DNA of 64,000 nt from Phototrophicaceae bacterium (lineage in GTDB: Bacteria > Chloroflexota > Anaerolineae > Aggregatilineales > Phototrophicaceae). The stretch lies in assembly GCA_965221275.1 (NCBI GenBank), contig OZ244875.1, forward strand, positions 2,704,623 to 2,768,622, given 5' to 3'. A program made the position numbers and the translations under genes. The notes beneath the pieces were generated by a model, which was not told the DNA's origin, did not search any database, and saw only the letters and a list, made by a program, of their open reading frames with translations. Positions within the stretch are counted from its first letter, which is position 1, and every line of letters starts with the position of its first letter. Positions 25,512 through 35,193 of the stretch are shown here, one piece after another.

Positions 25512-26027
25512 ATGAATGTATTGTTAGATCCAACGAATGAGTTGCAGCCAGCACAACGACAGATTTTGCCACGGCCGCAATCTCTGAGCGGCAAGCGGGT
25601 CGCGCTGCTTGATATTTCCAAACCGCGTGGGGATGTTTTCTTGGATCGGCTGACGGAGCATCTTAGCGATCTGGGGGTGGAAACGCGACGCTATCAAAAG
25701 CCGACATTTGCCCGCGTCGCCCCCGCGGAACTCAAGCAGCAGATCGTCAACGAATGCGATCTTGTCATCGAAGCCCTGGCTGATTGAGGCTCATGCACGT
25801 CGTGCAGTGTGCACGACATCACTGATCTGGAGTCTCGCGGGATTCCGGGCATGTTCATCGCCACCAGCGAATTTGTGGAAGCGGCTGCCGCACAAGGGGA
25901 GGCGCTCGGTTTCAACCCGGCTGTCTGTTATGTGCCTCATCCGATTCAAGACCGCAGCGATGATGAAATTTGCGCGCTGGTGGATGCCGCCTTTGAGGAA
26001 ATTCTGTCGCGGATCCTCCAACCATAA
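25512..26027 (+). CDS. UGSC-motif protein. Probable selenoprotein (171 aa) with an in-frame TGA (Sec) at 25785-25787.
   Basis: RBS GGAGGG (25501-25506) lies before ATG 25512. Track ORFs 25383..25787 and 25809..26027 share one frame. Read-through gives ...LVIEALAD-U-GSCTSCSVHDITDLESRGIPGMF... Confidence 0.7.
25799..25817 (+). promoter_or_regulatory. Candidate bacterial SECIS hairpin for the UGSC gene
   Basis: Perfect 8-bp stem gtcgtgca / tgcacgac with apical GUG. It begins 12 nt after the TGA, and the loop is about 22 nt from the U of UGA. Confidence 0.5.
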
Positions 26028-26036
26028 AGCCGATAT

Positions 26037-27278
26037 TCAGGTATAACGGCTGATGACGACCGCCGTGTTGTGGCCCCCGAAACCAAAAGAATTGCTCAAG
26101 ACATGTTCTATTGGCTGCGCCCTACCCACCTGCGGCGTGTAATCGAGGTCACATTCGGGATCAGGCGTTTCCAGGTTGATAGTCGGCGGGATGAAATCAT
26201 CCTGTAGCGCTTTGATCGAGAAGATGGCTTCGGCGGCGGCGGTCGCGCCCAGGATATGCCCCGTCATTGACTTGGTTGAGCTGATGGGAATGTCATAAGC
26301 TATTTTGTCGAATGCTTGCTTGATAGCCAGGGTCTCGCTCTTGTCATTGAGTTGCGTGCCAGTCCCGTGCGCGTTGATGTAGCTGATCTCGTTCGCGTCG
26401 ATACCCACTTCCCGCAGCGCTCGCCGGATCGCCTCTGCCGCATCAGCGCCATTTGGATTGGGCGCTGTCACATGGAAAGCATCGGACGTATGTCCGTATC
26501 CGGTGAGCTCGGCATGAATCCTGACGCCACGCGCCAAAGCGTGATCCAAGTCTTCCAAGATCAACAGAGCGGCCCCCTCGGCCGCGACAAATCCATCGCG
26601 ATTGGCATCGAAGGGGCGGGCAGCTTTTTCCGGAATATCTTCAGTATTGCTCAAGACTTTCATATTGTTGAAGCCGCTGATGACCATCGGCATGATGCAG
26701 GCTTCACTGCCACCGGCGACCATCACTTTGGCGCGGCCCATGCGAATCAAATCAGCCGCATCGCCTAGAGAATTATTGCTGGTGGCGCAAGCTGCCGTGA
26801 TATTGTAGTTGGGACCTTTGAGGCCGAAGTGCATGGATACGCGGGAGCTGATACCATCGTGCAGCAGGGCGGGGACGATGACCGGGCTAACACCACGATG
26901 CCCCTTCGCCTCGAAGCCTTGTAAAGCCTGCACCACAGTCACAATGCCGCCGATACCGGAGCCGACCACCACACCGACATCGTATTTATTCTCATCCGTG
27001 ATTTCGATGCCAGCGTCCTCGAGGGCTTCTTCGGCAGCGACCAGCGCCAGCATCTGCGCCCGGTCCATCCGGCGCATTTCTCGTTTCCCGAACTTGCTCA
27101 CCAAGTCCAGCCCTCTTACCTCGCCCGCCACGCGATTCTCGACCAAGTCGGCATCGAACAGGCTGATCCAATCGATACCGGAATTGCCAGCGCGAATATT
27201 CGCCCAGGAATCATCGACATTGTTGCCAACCGGGCAGACCAGTCCCATCCCCGTGATGACTACACGTTTCTTAGCCAT
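26037..27278 (-). CDS. fabF: Beta-ketoacyl-ACP synthase II
   Basis: 413 aa. Active-site ITAACATSNNS, HGTGTQLND, NSFGFGGHN. Confidence 0.92.
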   Translation of the reverse strand: MAKKRVVITGMGLVCPVGNNVDDSWANIRAGNSGIDWISLFDADLVENRVAGEVRGLDLVSKFGKREMRRMDRAQMLALVAAEEALEDAGIEITDENKYDVGVVVGSGIGGIVTVVQALQGFEAKGHRGVSPVIVPALLHDGISSRVSMHFGLKGPNYNITAACATSNNSLGDAADLIRMGRAKVMVAGGSEACIMPMVISGFNNMKVLSNTEDIPEKAARPFDANRDGFVAAEGAALLILEDLDHALARGVRIHAELTGYGHTSDAFHVTAPNPNGADAAEAIRRALREVGIDANEISYINAHGTGTQLNDKSETLAIKQAFDKIAYDIPISSTKSMTGHILGATAAAEAIFSIKALQDDFIPPTINLETPDPECDLDYTPQVGRAQPIEHVLSNSFGFGGHNTAVVISRYT

Positions 27279-27435
27279 ATCTCAACTTTCTTGCTTTCTT
27301 CGCTTATACACCCACCAACGTAATAATACTTCGCCAATTATATACTTGTTTTCCAAGGCTGTTGTTTCATCGCATCTCAATCACTCTGTCTCGCTATCTA
27401 GTTCATCTTGATACTTGACTGGGCAACCGGCAACG

Positions 27436-28746
27436 TCATGCTCCCGCACCGTTAGCGCTCGAATCGGAGCTTTCAGGTCCCGCGACAGCGATGACCATCT
27501 TGTCCAGGCACAGATAGTTCCGTGCCGCGCGCAGCAAATCCTCTTCGCTAATGCGCTGAATCATCTCTTCGTATTGCAGCAGATAATCCAAGCCCAAATC
27601 GAAGCTTTCCATGCTATGGATATGAGAGGCGATGCCCTCGTTGCTCTCCAAGCGCAGTGGCATACGACCAGTGAAATAACTTTTATTATCAGCCAGGTCT
27701 TCCTCGGAAACGGCTTCCGTGGTCAAGCGTTCAAGCTCTTCAAATATAGATGCGATTGCCGAGTCGACATTTTCGGGATTGACCCCTGCGCTGATGGTCC
27801 AGGGATCCGGTCCATGTCCCCCGCCGAGCCGACTGAAGGCGTAATATGCCAAGCCTTTTTGCTCGCGCACGCTTTTGCCAATTCTGCCCATCATACCGAA
27901 CTCGCCAAGCACACTGTTCACCAATTGTGCTGGAACATAATCCGCCGCTTTACGAGCGGGACCAACAACACCCATACTGATATCGGATTGCGTCTTGCCC
28001 GGCACGAAGGCGAATTGTCGTCGCTCGCCAGCAGGTAGCTCAGGGGCATCCGCTTTTAATGGGGCGGGCTGCTCATCGTTGCGCCAGTCCCCAAAAGCAT
28101 TGTTGGCGAGGGAGATGGCTTCTCCAGCATTAACAGCGCCGACGATGACCAAGATCATACCGCGTGGACCAAAATGTGCGTTGTGAAAACGGACCATATC
28201 ATCGGCATTGATTTTGGCGATGCTGTCTTCGTTGCCGTAGCTGCTGTAGTGATAGGGATGCGTTTTGGGGTAGAGCGCTGCTCGCATGGCTTTGGCGGCG
28301 CGAAAGCGGGTGTCAAAATTGCTGTATTGCAGCCAGGTCAGCCGTTCACCGCGTAAACGGTCGACATGTTCGGTGGGGAAGACCGGGTGGCGGAGCGCGT
28401 CTTTGGCGAGCTCCAGCAACAACGGCAAGTCTTCCGCCAGTGCCTTGCCGGAAATGCCTAATTTATGCATATGGCTGCGGAAATTGAGGTCGGCACCGAC
28501 ATCTTCCAGCGCGCCGTGGACTTCATCGAAATTGCGGTCCCGCGTGCCAGTCATCAGCGCGCCAGCTGTTAGCGATGCCAAGCCGCTTTGGCCAGGACTT
28601 TCGTAGATGCTGCCGGCATGGATCGAGGCCATCAGGTTGACCGATTGCACCGCCGGGTTCTCGTAGACCAGTATGGTAATCCCGTTAGCCAGTTGTACTC
28701 GCTTGATATTGCTTGAGTTGGGCATGCTTGCAAGGCGGCTGGTCAT
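27436..28746 (-). CDS. M16-family (pitrilysin-like) peptidase subunit lacking the HxxEH zinc motif (likely non-catalytic partner)
   Basis: 436 aa with M16 architecture. The motif position reads GLASLTAGALMTGT. Its ATG overlaps the upstream stop as ATGA (28743-28746). Confidence 0.8.
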   Translation of the reverse strand: MTSRLASMPNSSNIKRVQLANGITILVYENPAVQSVNLMASIHAGSIYESPGQSGLASLTAGALMTGTRDRNFDEVHGALEDVGADLNFRSHMHKLGISGKALAEDLPLLLELAKDALRHPVFPTEHVDRLRGERLTWLQYSNFDTRFRAAKAMRAALYPKTHPYHYSSYGNEDSIAKINADDMVRFHNAHFGPRGMILVIVGAVNAGEAISLANNAFGDWRNDEQPAPLKADAPELPAGERRQFAFVPGKTQSDISMGVVGPARKAADYVPAQLVNSVLGEFGMMGRIGKSVREQKGLAYYAFSRLGGGHGPDPWTISAGVNPENVDSAIASIFEELERLTTEAVSEEDLADNKSYFTGRMPLRLESNEGIASHIHSMESFDLGLDYLLQYEEMIQRISEEDLLRAARNYLCLDKMVIAVAGPESSDSSANGAGA

Positions 28747-30059
28747 GCTGGTTCTCCCTCCGGTTCAGTTGGATGCAAGATGCCAACTACCCGATTCTTC
28801 GGCAGCAGGTAGCTCTCCGCCACTGCCAGCACATCTTCCGCCGTCACTCGCATCAGCCCTTCAGCGTAATTGTCAAACCAGTTGATATCGCCCAGGATAA
28901 AAGATTGCGCCAACCAGAAAGCTTGCTCGGTGACACTTTCGGTGCTGTAAGCAAAAGCTGCTTTGGATTGCTTTCTGGCTTTATTCAATTCCGCCTCGCT
29001 GATGCCATCCGATTGCAACTTGGCGATTTCTTGCAAGAGCGCCGCTTCGGCTTCCTCCGGACTTCGCCCCTCGCGCAAAGTGACCAGGATGCTGTAGAGA
29101 TAGGGATCGACTGTCGGCGTGAGCCAGCTGCCGACCGCAGCCGCAATCTCGGTCTTGACGAGGGCTTGATATAGCCGGCTGGTCTTATTGTCAGAGGCGC
29201 CGCTTGAACCGCTTAAAATCGCGTCCAATACTTTTAGCTTCATCCAACCGTCATCTTTGGCTGGTGGCGCGCGATGGCAGATTTCGTAAAAGGCGGTCTT
29301 GCCGGGTCGCTCCACCTGGACGCGTCGCTCGCCTTGCTGCACTGGTTCTTGACGGACGAAGAGTTCCGGCGCTGTTTCTGTTGGCAATGCGCCATATAGC
29401 TGCTCGATTTTTGCCAGCATCTCATCGGTATCGAAAGCACCAACGGCGATGGCAGCGGCATTGGCAGGTAGGTAATGCCGGCGATAATGTTGATAGAGAT
29501 CGTCCCGGGTCATGCTGCGTAGGTCGGCCTCATCGCCGATTATCTCGTGATGATAACCATGGACGCGGAAGGCGGCTCCACGCACTTCCTCTTGTAACCA
29601 GAATGTTGGCTGGTTCTCCGCCCCCTGCCGCTCGGAGATGATCACAGTCCGCTCGGACTCGGTCTCCTCGGGATCGAAGATGGCGTTGGTCATTCTGTCG
29701 GCTTCTGCACGCATGGCGATATCGATTTTGCCCGCCGGCAAAGTCTCAAAATACTTGGTGGAATCCATTGAAGTGAATGCATTCCATTGCCCACCGGCGC
29801 GGTCGATCTCGCGGTCGAGTAGACCAGCCGGGAATTGCTCGGTGCCTTTGAACATCATATGCTCGACCCAGTGAGAGCTACCGGTTTTGCCGGTAGGTTC
29901 GTTGCGGCTGCCCACTTTATAAGCGAGCCACCAACTGATGACCGGCGCGCTATGTACTTCTTTGAGCAGCACGGTCAAGCCATTGTCGAGGGTGCGGTGG
30001 GTTAATTTTGTCACGTCTTGTCCTGTTTGTTCTCCATCATCCCGTGGAGTGGGCGCCAA
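28743..30059 (-). CDS. M16-family zinc peptidase, catalytic subunit
   Basis: 438 aa. Inverted zincin motif HWVEHMMFKGT (HxxEH). Confidence 0.85.
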   Translation of the reverse strand: MAPTPRDDGEQTGQDVTKLTHRTLDNGLTVLLKEVHSAPVISWWLAYKVGSRNEPTGKTGSSHWVEHMMFKGTEQFPAGLLDREIDRAGGQWNAFTSMDSTKYFETLPAGKIDIAMRAEADRMTNAIFDPEETESERTVIISERQGAENQPTFWLQEEVRGAAFRVHGYHHEIIGDEADLRSMTRDDLYQHYRRHYLPANAAAIAVGAFDTDEMLAKIEQLYGALPTETAPELFVRQEPVQQGERRVQVERPGKTAFYEICHRAPPAKDDGWMKLKVLDAILSGSSGASDNKTSRLYQALVKTEIAAAVGSWLTPTVDPYLYSILVTLREGRSPEEAEAALLQEIAKLQSDGISEAELNKARKQSKAAFAYSTESVTEQAFWLAQSFILGDINWFDNYAEGLMRVTAEDVLAVAESYLLPKNRVVGILHPTEPEGEPA

Positions 30060-30177
30060 CGATAGATAATCAGCGGATTATAGCATAGCCTTGTTAGGCT
30101 TGCGAAATAGCTGGGCGCCTGTGGAATTTTGCAACTTGCCTTTTCCATCCAAGAGCGCGAGGTCTGCAAAATGCTAG

Positions 30178-31161
30178 TCAGCTTTGCAGCTTGGTCTCCA
30201 GCACCCGCGCCTCTTCATGCAAGCCCGCCACATATTCGCCAACAGCCTCCACCGCGCGATGCATACCATAAGTCGGGCGGGCATGACCCAAGCTCGTCAT
30301 CTTAACGATATATTCTGCCGGCGCGTCCCGCGGCGCCAGCAGGATCATCGTATGTTGATCGATGGTCGGCTCTTGCACCACCACTTCGAAAACGGCTGTA
30401 TCCCGACTTGGATCGGCATAGGCGTGCAATATCGCGATGTGGATCCCGCCAGACGATTGCCGCAGGGTCGAAAAGACTTTGACAATTTCCACCGCGTTCA
30501 ACGGGGAATGCAAAAACAAATGTGGCATTTCCAATTCCTCGATTATTGCCGGATGCGTCACCGGCAGCGCATTACGCCGATATTTGAAGAAATAAGCGCG
30601 CCGTCCTTCGCGATACGCTTTGAGCTCGTATTTGGTCTGGAAGCGATTCTCAAGTTCATGTACCCATGCTGTCTCAAACTGATTGCTCAACCCCGCTGTG
30701 CGCGAGAGAATCTCATGCGCCATTTCAGCATAGTCGCTGATATCGGTCACCAGCAACAAAGTTCCATCTTTCTGCAGGCGACTTGACAGCAGGTCGACCG
30801 TCTCCTGCTTGATCAGTCGGCGACGACCATGCCTCTTCTTGAACCAGGGATCAGGGAAATTGATATGAAACTCCTTGACCATCTCCGGCTCCAGCAGATG
30901 CGCTAAGGCGGTTTCGGCGCTGCTGTGAATAGGGCGCGCATTTTGCAGCCCCCGTCTTTCGATCTTGCGCTCCGCCCGATCCATGGATTGGCTGGAAATC
31001 TCGAAACCAATGATATTGTGATCCGGTCGCGCCTGCGCCAAGTGAATCAGATAATCGCCATTGCCGAAGCCGATCTCGATGATCAATGGTCCCACGCCGG
31101 GGAATAGCTTTTCCTGCTTCAGGGACCAATCCAGATTGAGGTAATTGAGCTTGCGCAACAT
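30178..31161 (-). CDS. trmB: tRNA (guanine-N7)-methyltransferase with a C-terminal extension of about 110 aa
   Basis: LIIEIGFGNGDYL (SAM motif I) and FPDPWFKKRHGRRRL (TrmB hallmark). At 327 aa it is longer than typical TrmB. Confidence 0.8.
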   Translation of the reverse strand: MLRKLNYLNLDWSLKQEKLFPGVGPLIIEIGFGNGDYLIHLAQARPDHNIIGFEISSQSMDRAERKIERRGLQNARPIHSSAETALAHLLEPEMVKEFHINFPDPWFKKRHGRRRLIKQETVDLLSSRLQKDGTLLLVTDISDYAEMAHEILSRTAGLSNQFETAWVHELENRFQTKYELKAYREGRRAYFFKYRRNALPVTHPAIIEELEMPHLFLHSPLNAVEIVKVFSTLRQSSGGIHIAILHAYADPSRDTAVFEVVVQEPTIDQHTMILLAPRDAPAEYIVKMTSLGHARPTYGMHRAVEAVGEYVAGLHEEARVLETKLQS

Positions 31162-31198
31162 AAAAGTTGACTATAACGAACAGCTACTGGCGATCAAC

Positions 31199-32443
31199 TC
31201 AGGGAGCTGCCATCAGTGGACGCTTGCGTTTGAGCGTCTCCGGCACAAAAAAGAGGAAGATGCTGGCTGCCACCAGACCAGAGCCAGCGATCACCCAAAT
31301 GGCCGAGCTCAACACCAAAAAATCGGCCACGACACCAACAACCAGCGGCCCCCCAGTCTGGCCCACATCGCCAATCAAGCGCCAAACCCCCAAAAATTCC
31401 CCGCGCGAGCTCGATGGAGACAAATCGGCGCCCAGTGTCATCATGCTGCCAGCGCCCAAGCCATTGCCGAAACCGATCAAGACAGCGGCAAAAAGCAATC
31501 CGGCAAAACTGGTGGCAAAGGGAACCAGCGCCATGCCCAGGGCTTGAATGCCAAAACAAGGTACGATAGCGAACTTGCGGCCGAATCGATCCATCAGCCA
31601 GCCCGCAACCAGGAAAAGGCTGAAATCGACCGCGACTGAAATGCTTACAATCAGACCAATTTGGTCAACGCCAAAGCCCAGCACATCAGCGGCGAACAAG
31701 GGGATGATAACTGTGCGGCCCGCCCGGATCATCTGCCCAAAGATCTGCCCAGCCCCCGCCGATGCCAGCACCCGGTAATTCCCTTGCAGCACAGCCTTAA
31801 AATGCAACTGCGGTCCTTCCAGTATGCTTTTGCCGTGGCTTTCTCGTTTGCTGTTGCGGGTGAACAAGATGACCAGCATCAGCCCAATAACTGTAACCAG
31901 ACCGACAACGATGAAAGCCGCGCGCAGCCCCAAGATGCCAGCCACGATACCGCCGATCGCTGGACCAAGAAAACCACCGAACCGATGCGTACCACCATAC
32001 ATCGAGATGGCTTTGCCCCGCTGGCTCAAAACCACATTATTGGTCACATAGACATGCGCCGAGATGCTGTACATCGAGCGGCCGAAACCCGCGATAAACC
32101 GCAGCAACAGCACAAACCATACGGAAGGCGCGAAGAAGAGCGCGAAGATCGAAAGCGATTGCACCAGCAAGCCTATTATCATGACTTGTTTGTCACCGAA
32201 GCGCCTTTGTAGCAAGCCCGCTGGTACGTCAGCGATCAAGGTGCCCAAGCCTTCTCCCGCTAAGACCAAGCCAATCAAGACATAGCTGATATCGAACTCG
32301 GTGGCGTACAAAGGCAACACAGGTACCAACAAGCCATAGCCCACGGTCACCATCAAGGCCGGCAAATAGAACGTCAGAACTAGCCCGCGCAAGCCAGTGG
32401 AAGGTTCGTTTAATCTTGTTGCTTTGGATTTTTTCAACGGCAT
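31199..32443 (-). CDS. MFS transporter
   Basis: 414 aa with about 12 TM segments. MFS loop motif GLLQRRFGDKQV. Confidence 0.8.
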   Translation of the reverse strand: MPLKKSKATRLNEPSTGLRGLVLTFYLPALMVTVGYGLLVPVLPLYATEFDISYVLIGLVLAGEGLGTLIADVPAGLLQRRFGDKQVMIIGLLVQSLSIFALFFAPSVWFVLLLRFIAGFGRSMYSISAHVYVTNNVVLSQRGKAISMYGGTHRFGGFLGPAIGGIVAGILGLRAAFIVVGLVTVIGLMLVILFTRNSKRESHGKSILEGPQLHFKAVLQGNYRVLASAGAGQIFGQMIRAGRTVIIPLFAADVLGFGVDQIGLIVSISVAVDFSLFLVAGWLMDRFGRKFAIVPCFGIQALGMALVPFATSFAGLLFAAVLIGFGNGLGAGSMMTLGADLSPSSSRGEFLGVWRLIGDVGQTGGPLVVGVVADFLVLSSAIWVIAGSGLVAASIFLFFVPETLKRKRPLMAAP

Positions 32444-32481
32444 TAGATAAGTGTAGCCGCAAATAGGCAGATAGGTAGTGC

Positions 32482-33687
32482 CTAGTCGCCGCTAAATTCG
32501 CGGATGACGCGGCCCAAAGTAGCGATCGCTTCCGTGATCGTCTCTTCATCAAAGCGCGTGAAATTCAGGCGCATGGTCGGCAGGCCCTGTTGCGGATTGA
32601 TGAAGAAGTATTTGCCGGGCACAAATGCCACCTTCTGCTCCACAGCTTTCCAGTAGAGTTCTTCGGCGTCAATGCCGGCCGGAGCTTCGACCCAGATGAA
32701 CATACCGCCTTCCGGCTTTGTCCAGCGATATGTCTCTGGAAAATACTGGTCCATAGCGGCCAGCATTGCCACTTGCCGCGAACGATAAAGTGAAATGATT
32801 TTGGGAATCTGCCGCTCAATATAACCGCCGCAAATATATTCGGTAGCCAGCGCCTGAGCATAAGAATTGCTGTGCAAATCCGCGCCTTGCTTGGTGATAT
32901 GCAACCACTCGTAAATCAATGGCGGCGCCAGGCAGAACCCCAGCCGTAGCCCCGGCGCGAAGATCTTCGATATCGTGCTGACGTAGACAGTGTTTTCCGG
33001 CGCGAAAGTATAAAATGCGGGCACTGCATTACCGCGAAATCGTAGATCGCTATAAGGATCGTCTTCAATCACCAGGGCATCGCGCGCCTTGATGATCTCC
33101 GCGATTTGCCGCCGCCGGCGAACGCTCATGCTGCGCCCGGTTGGATTCTGAAAAGTAGTCACCAGATAGATGAACTTGACCAATTGCCCGTCAAGCGCGG
33201 CTTCCAACGATTCTGGCAAGATGCCTTGTTCATCCGAGTCGATAGTGATGTATTGGGGATTGTAGGCGCTAAAAGCGGAAATGGCGCCAAGATAACTGGG
33301 TGACTCCAAGGCGACGATATCACCAGGGCTAATCAACACTTTGCCCAATGTATCCAGGGCGCTCTGCGAACCATTAAAGACCAATAACTGGTCAGCGCTG
33401 GCTTCAATAGATTTACTCGCTAGATAGCTGACCAGCGCTTCGCGGAATGGGGTGAAGCCCTCGGTCAGATCGTATTGCAGCGCAGCAGCGCCATAACGAT
33501 CGAGCACGACTTCATTGATGCGATAGAGTTCTTCGATGGGAAAACTCTCCGGCGCCGGGATGCCCCCCGCCAGCGAAATCATGCCCGGTTGCGATACCAC
33601 CTTTAATATTTCGCGGATCTGGTTTTTGCGCATGGTGAGTGTGCGTTGGCTGAGCAAATGCTGAAACTTTTCTGTCATATTGTCCAC
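32482..33687 (-). CDS. PLP-dependent aminotransferase (class I/II fold, 2-aminoadipate/LysN-like)
   Basis: 401 aa. ISLAGGIPAPESFP and YVSTISKIFAPGLRLGF (PLP-lysine region). Confidence 0.8.
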   Translation of the reverse strand: MDNMTEKFQHLLSQRTLTMRKNQIREILKVVSQPGMISLAGGIPAPESFPIEELYRINEVVLDRYGAAALQYDLTEGFTPFREALVSYLASKSIEASADQLLVFNGSQSALDTLGKVLISPGDIVALESPSYLGAISAFSAYNPQYITIDSDEQGILPESLEAALDGQLVKFIYLVTTFQNPTGRSMSVRRRRQIAEIIKARDALVIEDDPYSDLRFRGNAVPAFYTFAPENTVYVSTISKIFAPGLRLGFCLAPPLIYEWLHITKQGADLHSNSYAQALATEYICGGYIERQIPKIISLYRSRQVAMLAAMDQYFPETYRWTKPEGGMFIWVEAPAGIDAEELYWKAVEQKVAFVPGKYFFINPQQGLPTMRLNFTRFDEETITEAIATLGRVIREFSGD

Positions 33688-33757
33688 ACTCCATATGCAA
33701 AGATCAGCCGCAAAACGTACCTGGCTCGCTCGTTAAGATTAAGTTTGCGATTGTACT

Positions 33758-34927
33758 TTAAGCGAGGTAATCGCGCAAATTATGTGCAAGTTGCGGGTGG
33801 CGCAAGCGTCGCAGCGCTTCCTTCTCCAATTGGCGGATACGTTCCCGGCTCAAGCCAAATTTATTGGCGATTTCTTCCAAGGTATGTGGCTCGCCACCAC
33901 CCAAGCCAAAGCGCAAGCGCAGTATATGGCTCTGGCGCGGTGTTAGCTCTGCCAAGACCTCTTCGATCGCTTCTTCCAGCAGGTTCTGCGTCGCCGAATC
34001 CACCGGGCTGATGGTGTTGTTGTCTTCGATGAAATCGCCGAATTCGCTATCCCCATCATCCCCCACGGGTCGCTCTAGGGCGATGGCATGTTGGCTGGCG
34101 TCCATCATTGCCCGAACGGCATCCGCTTCCACTTGCATAATGGAGGCGATTTCTTCTGCCGTCGGCCGACGACCTAGCAATTGTTCCAGATCTTGCGAAG
34201 CGCGATACATCTGCCGGATGCGCTCGGTCATATGCAAGGGTATGCGGATGGTGCGTGTCTTTTGTGCCAAAGCGCGGGTAATGGCTTGCCTGATCCACCA
34301 GGTGGCATAAGTGCTGAAGCGATTGCCGCGGGAATAATCGTATTTGTCCACTGCCCGCATCAAGCCGACATTGCCTTCTTGTATCAGATCTGGGAAAGGC
34401 AAGCCTTGTCCCATATAACGCTTGGCAATGCTGACGACTAGGCGTGTGTTTGCTCGCCCCAGGTGTTCGCGGGCGAATTGTCCATCCAGCACCAGGCGTC
34501 GCAGGTGACGGCGCCAACGTTTGCTCTTCTGTAATACTTCCGGATCTGCCAAACGCTCACGCGCTTTGAAGCCCCGTTCGATGCGTTTCGCCAGATCGAT
34601 CTCATCTGAAGACGTCAACAGGGGCTCTTGCGCCATTTGACGAAAATACAAGCCGACGGGGTCGTCGGAAGAGATGGCGTTTATATCAGCGACAACACGG
34701 TTTTGGGCGGGTTCGCGGCTCTCAAACTCTTGCTCAATAGTATCCGCGCCGTGTTTGTTCTGGGAGTTTTCCCCATCTTTGCGCAGCTCGATACCCAGTT
34801 CTTGTAATTCGTAAAGAAGGCTACGCAAAGCCACTCGGTCTTCGCCGTCATCATCCAGCGCTTCTATAACTTGTTCGTATGTCACATAACCACGTTTGTC
34901 AGCAAGTTCAAGAAGTGCTTGAATCAC
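33758..34927 (-). CDS. rpoD: Primary-like RNA polymerase sigma factor (sigma-70 group 1)
   Basis: 389 aa. LIQEGNVGLMRAVDKYDY, FSTYATWWIRQAITRA, TRTIRIPLHM, LEEIANKFGLSRERIRQLEKEALRRLR. GTG start. Confidence 0.9.
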   Translation of the reverse strand: MIQALLELADKRGYVTYEQVIEALDDDGEDRVALRSLLYELQELGIELRKDGENSQNKHGADTIEQEFESREPAQNRVVADINAISSDDPVGLYFRQMAQEPLLTSSDEIDLAKRIERGFKARERLADPEVLQKSKRWRRHLRRLVLDGQFAREHLGRANTRLVVSIAKRYMGQGLPFPDLIQEGNVGLMRAVDKYDYSRGNRFSTYATWWIRQAITRALAQKTRTIRIPLHMTERIRQMYRASQDLEQLLGRRPTAEEIASIMQVEADAVRAMMDASQHAIALERPVGDDGDSEFGDFIEDNNTISPVDSATQNLLEEAIEEVLAELTPRQSHILRLRFGLGGGEPHTLEEIANKFGLSRERIRQLEKEALRRLRHPQLAHNLRDYLA

Positions 34928-35193
34928 GTCTAACCTCTACTGTGTCGGTGAATAAGATTAATTCATTTTTTTGGTTGCCCACTATGGTAAGGTCACCATA
35001 CCTATTTTGTGCGTAACATTTGGTAGATGTCAACTGACAAAATCTAACAAAAACAGCAGGGCAAAAGATGTGCTATTTGACGACAACTGTGCCTTGGGCA
35101 AACAAAACTAGTTAAGTTCACTCACTCGAATGAGCATAGATCTCAAATGCAGCGTTTTTTGGCATTTGCGATAGGCTTCAAATTGAAGCCAGT

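Noticed and set aside
27415-28038. 207-aa plus-strand ORF antisense to the M16 subunit
   Set aside because: It is a shadow ORF with no motifs.
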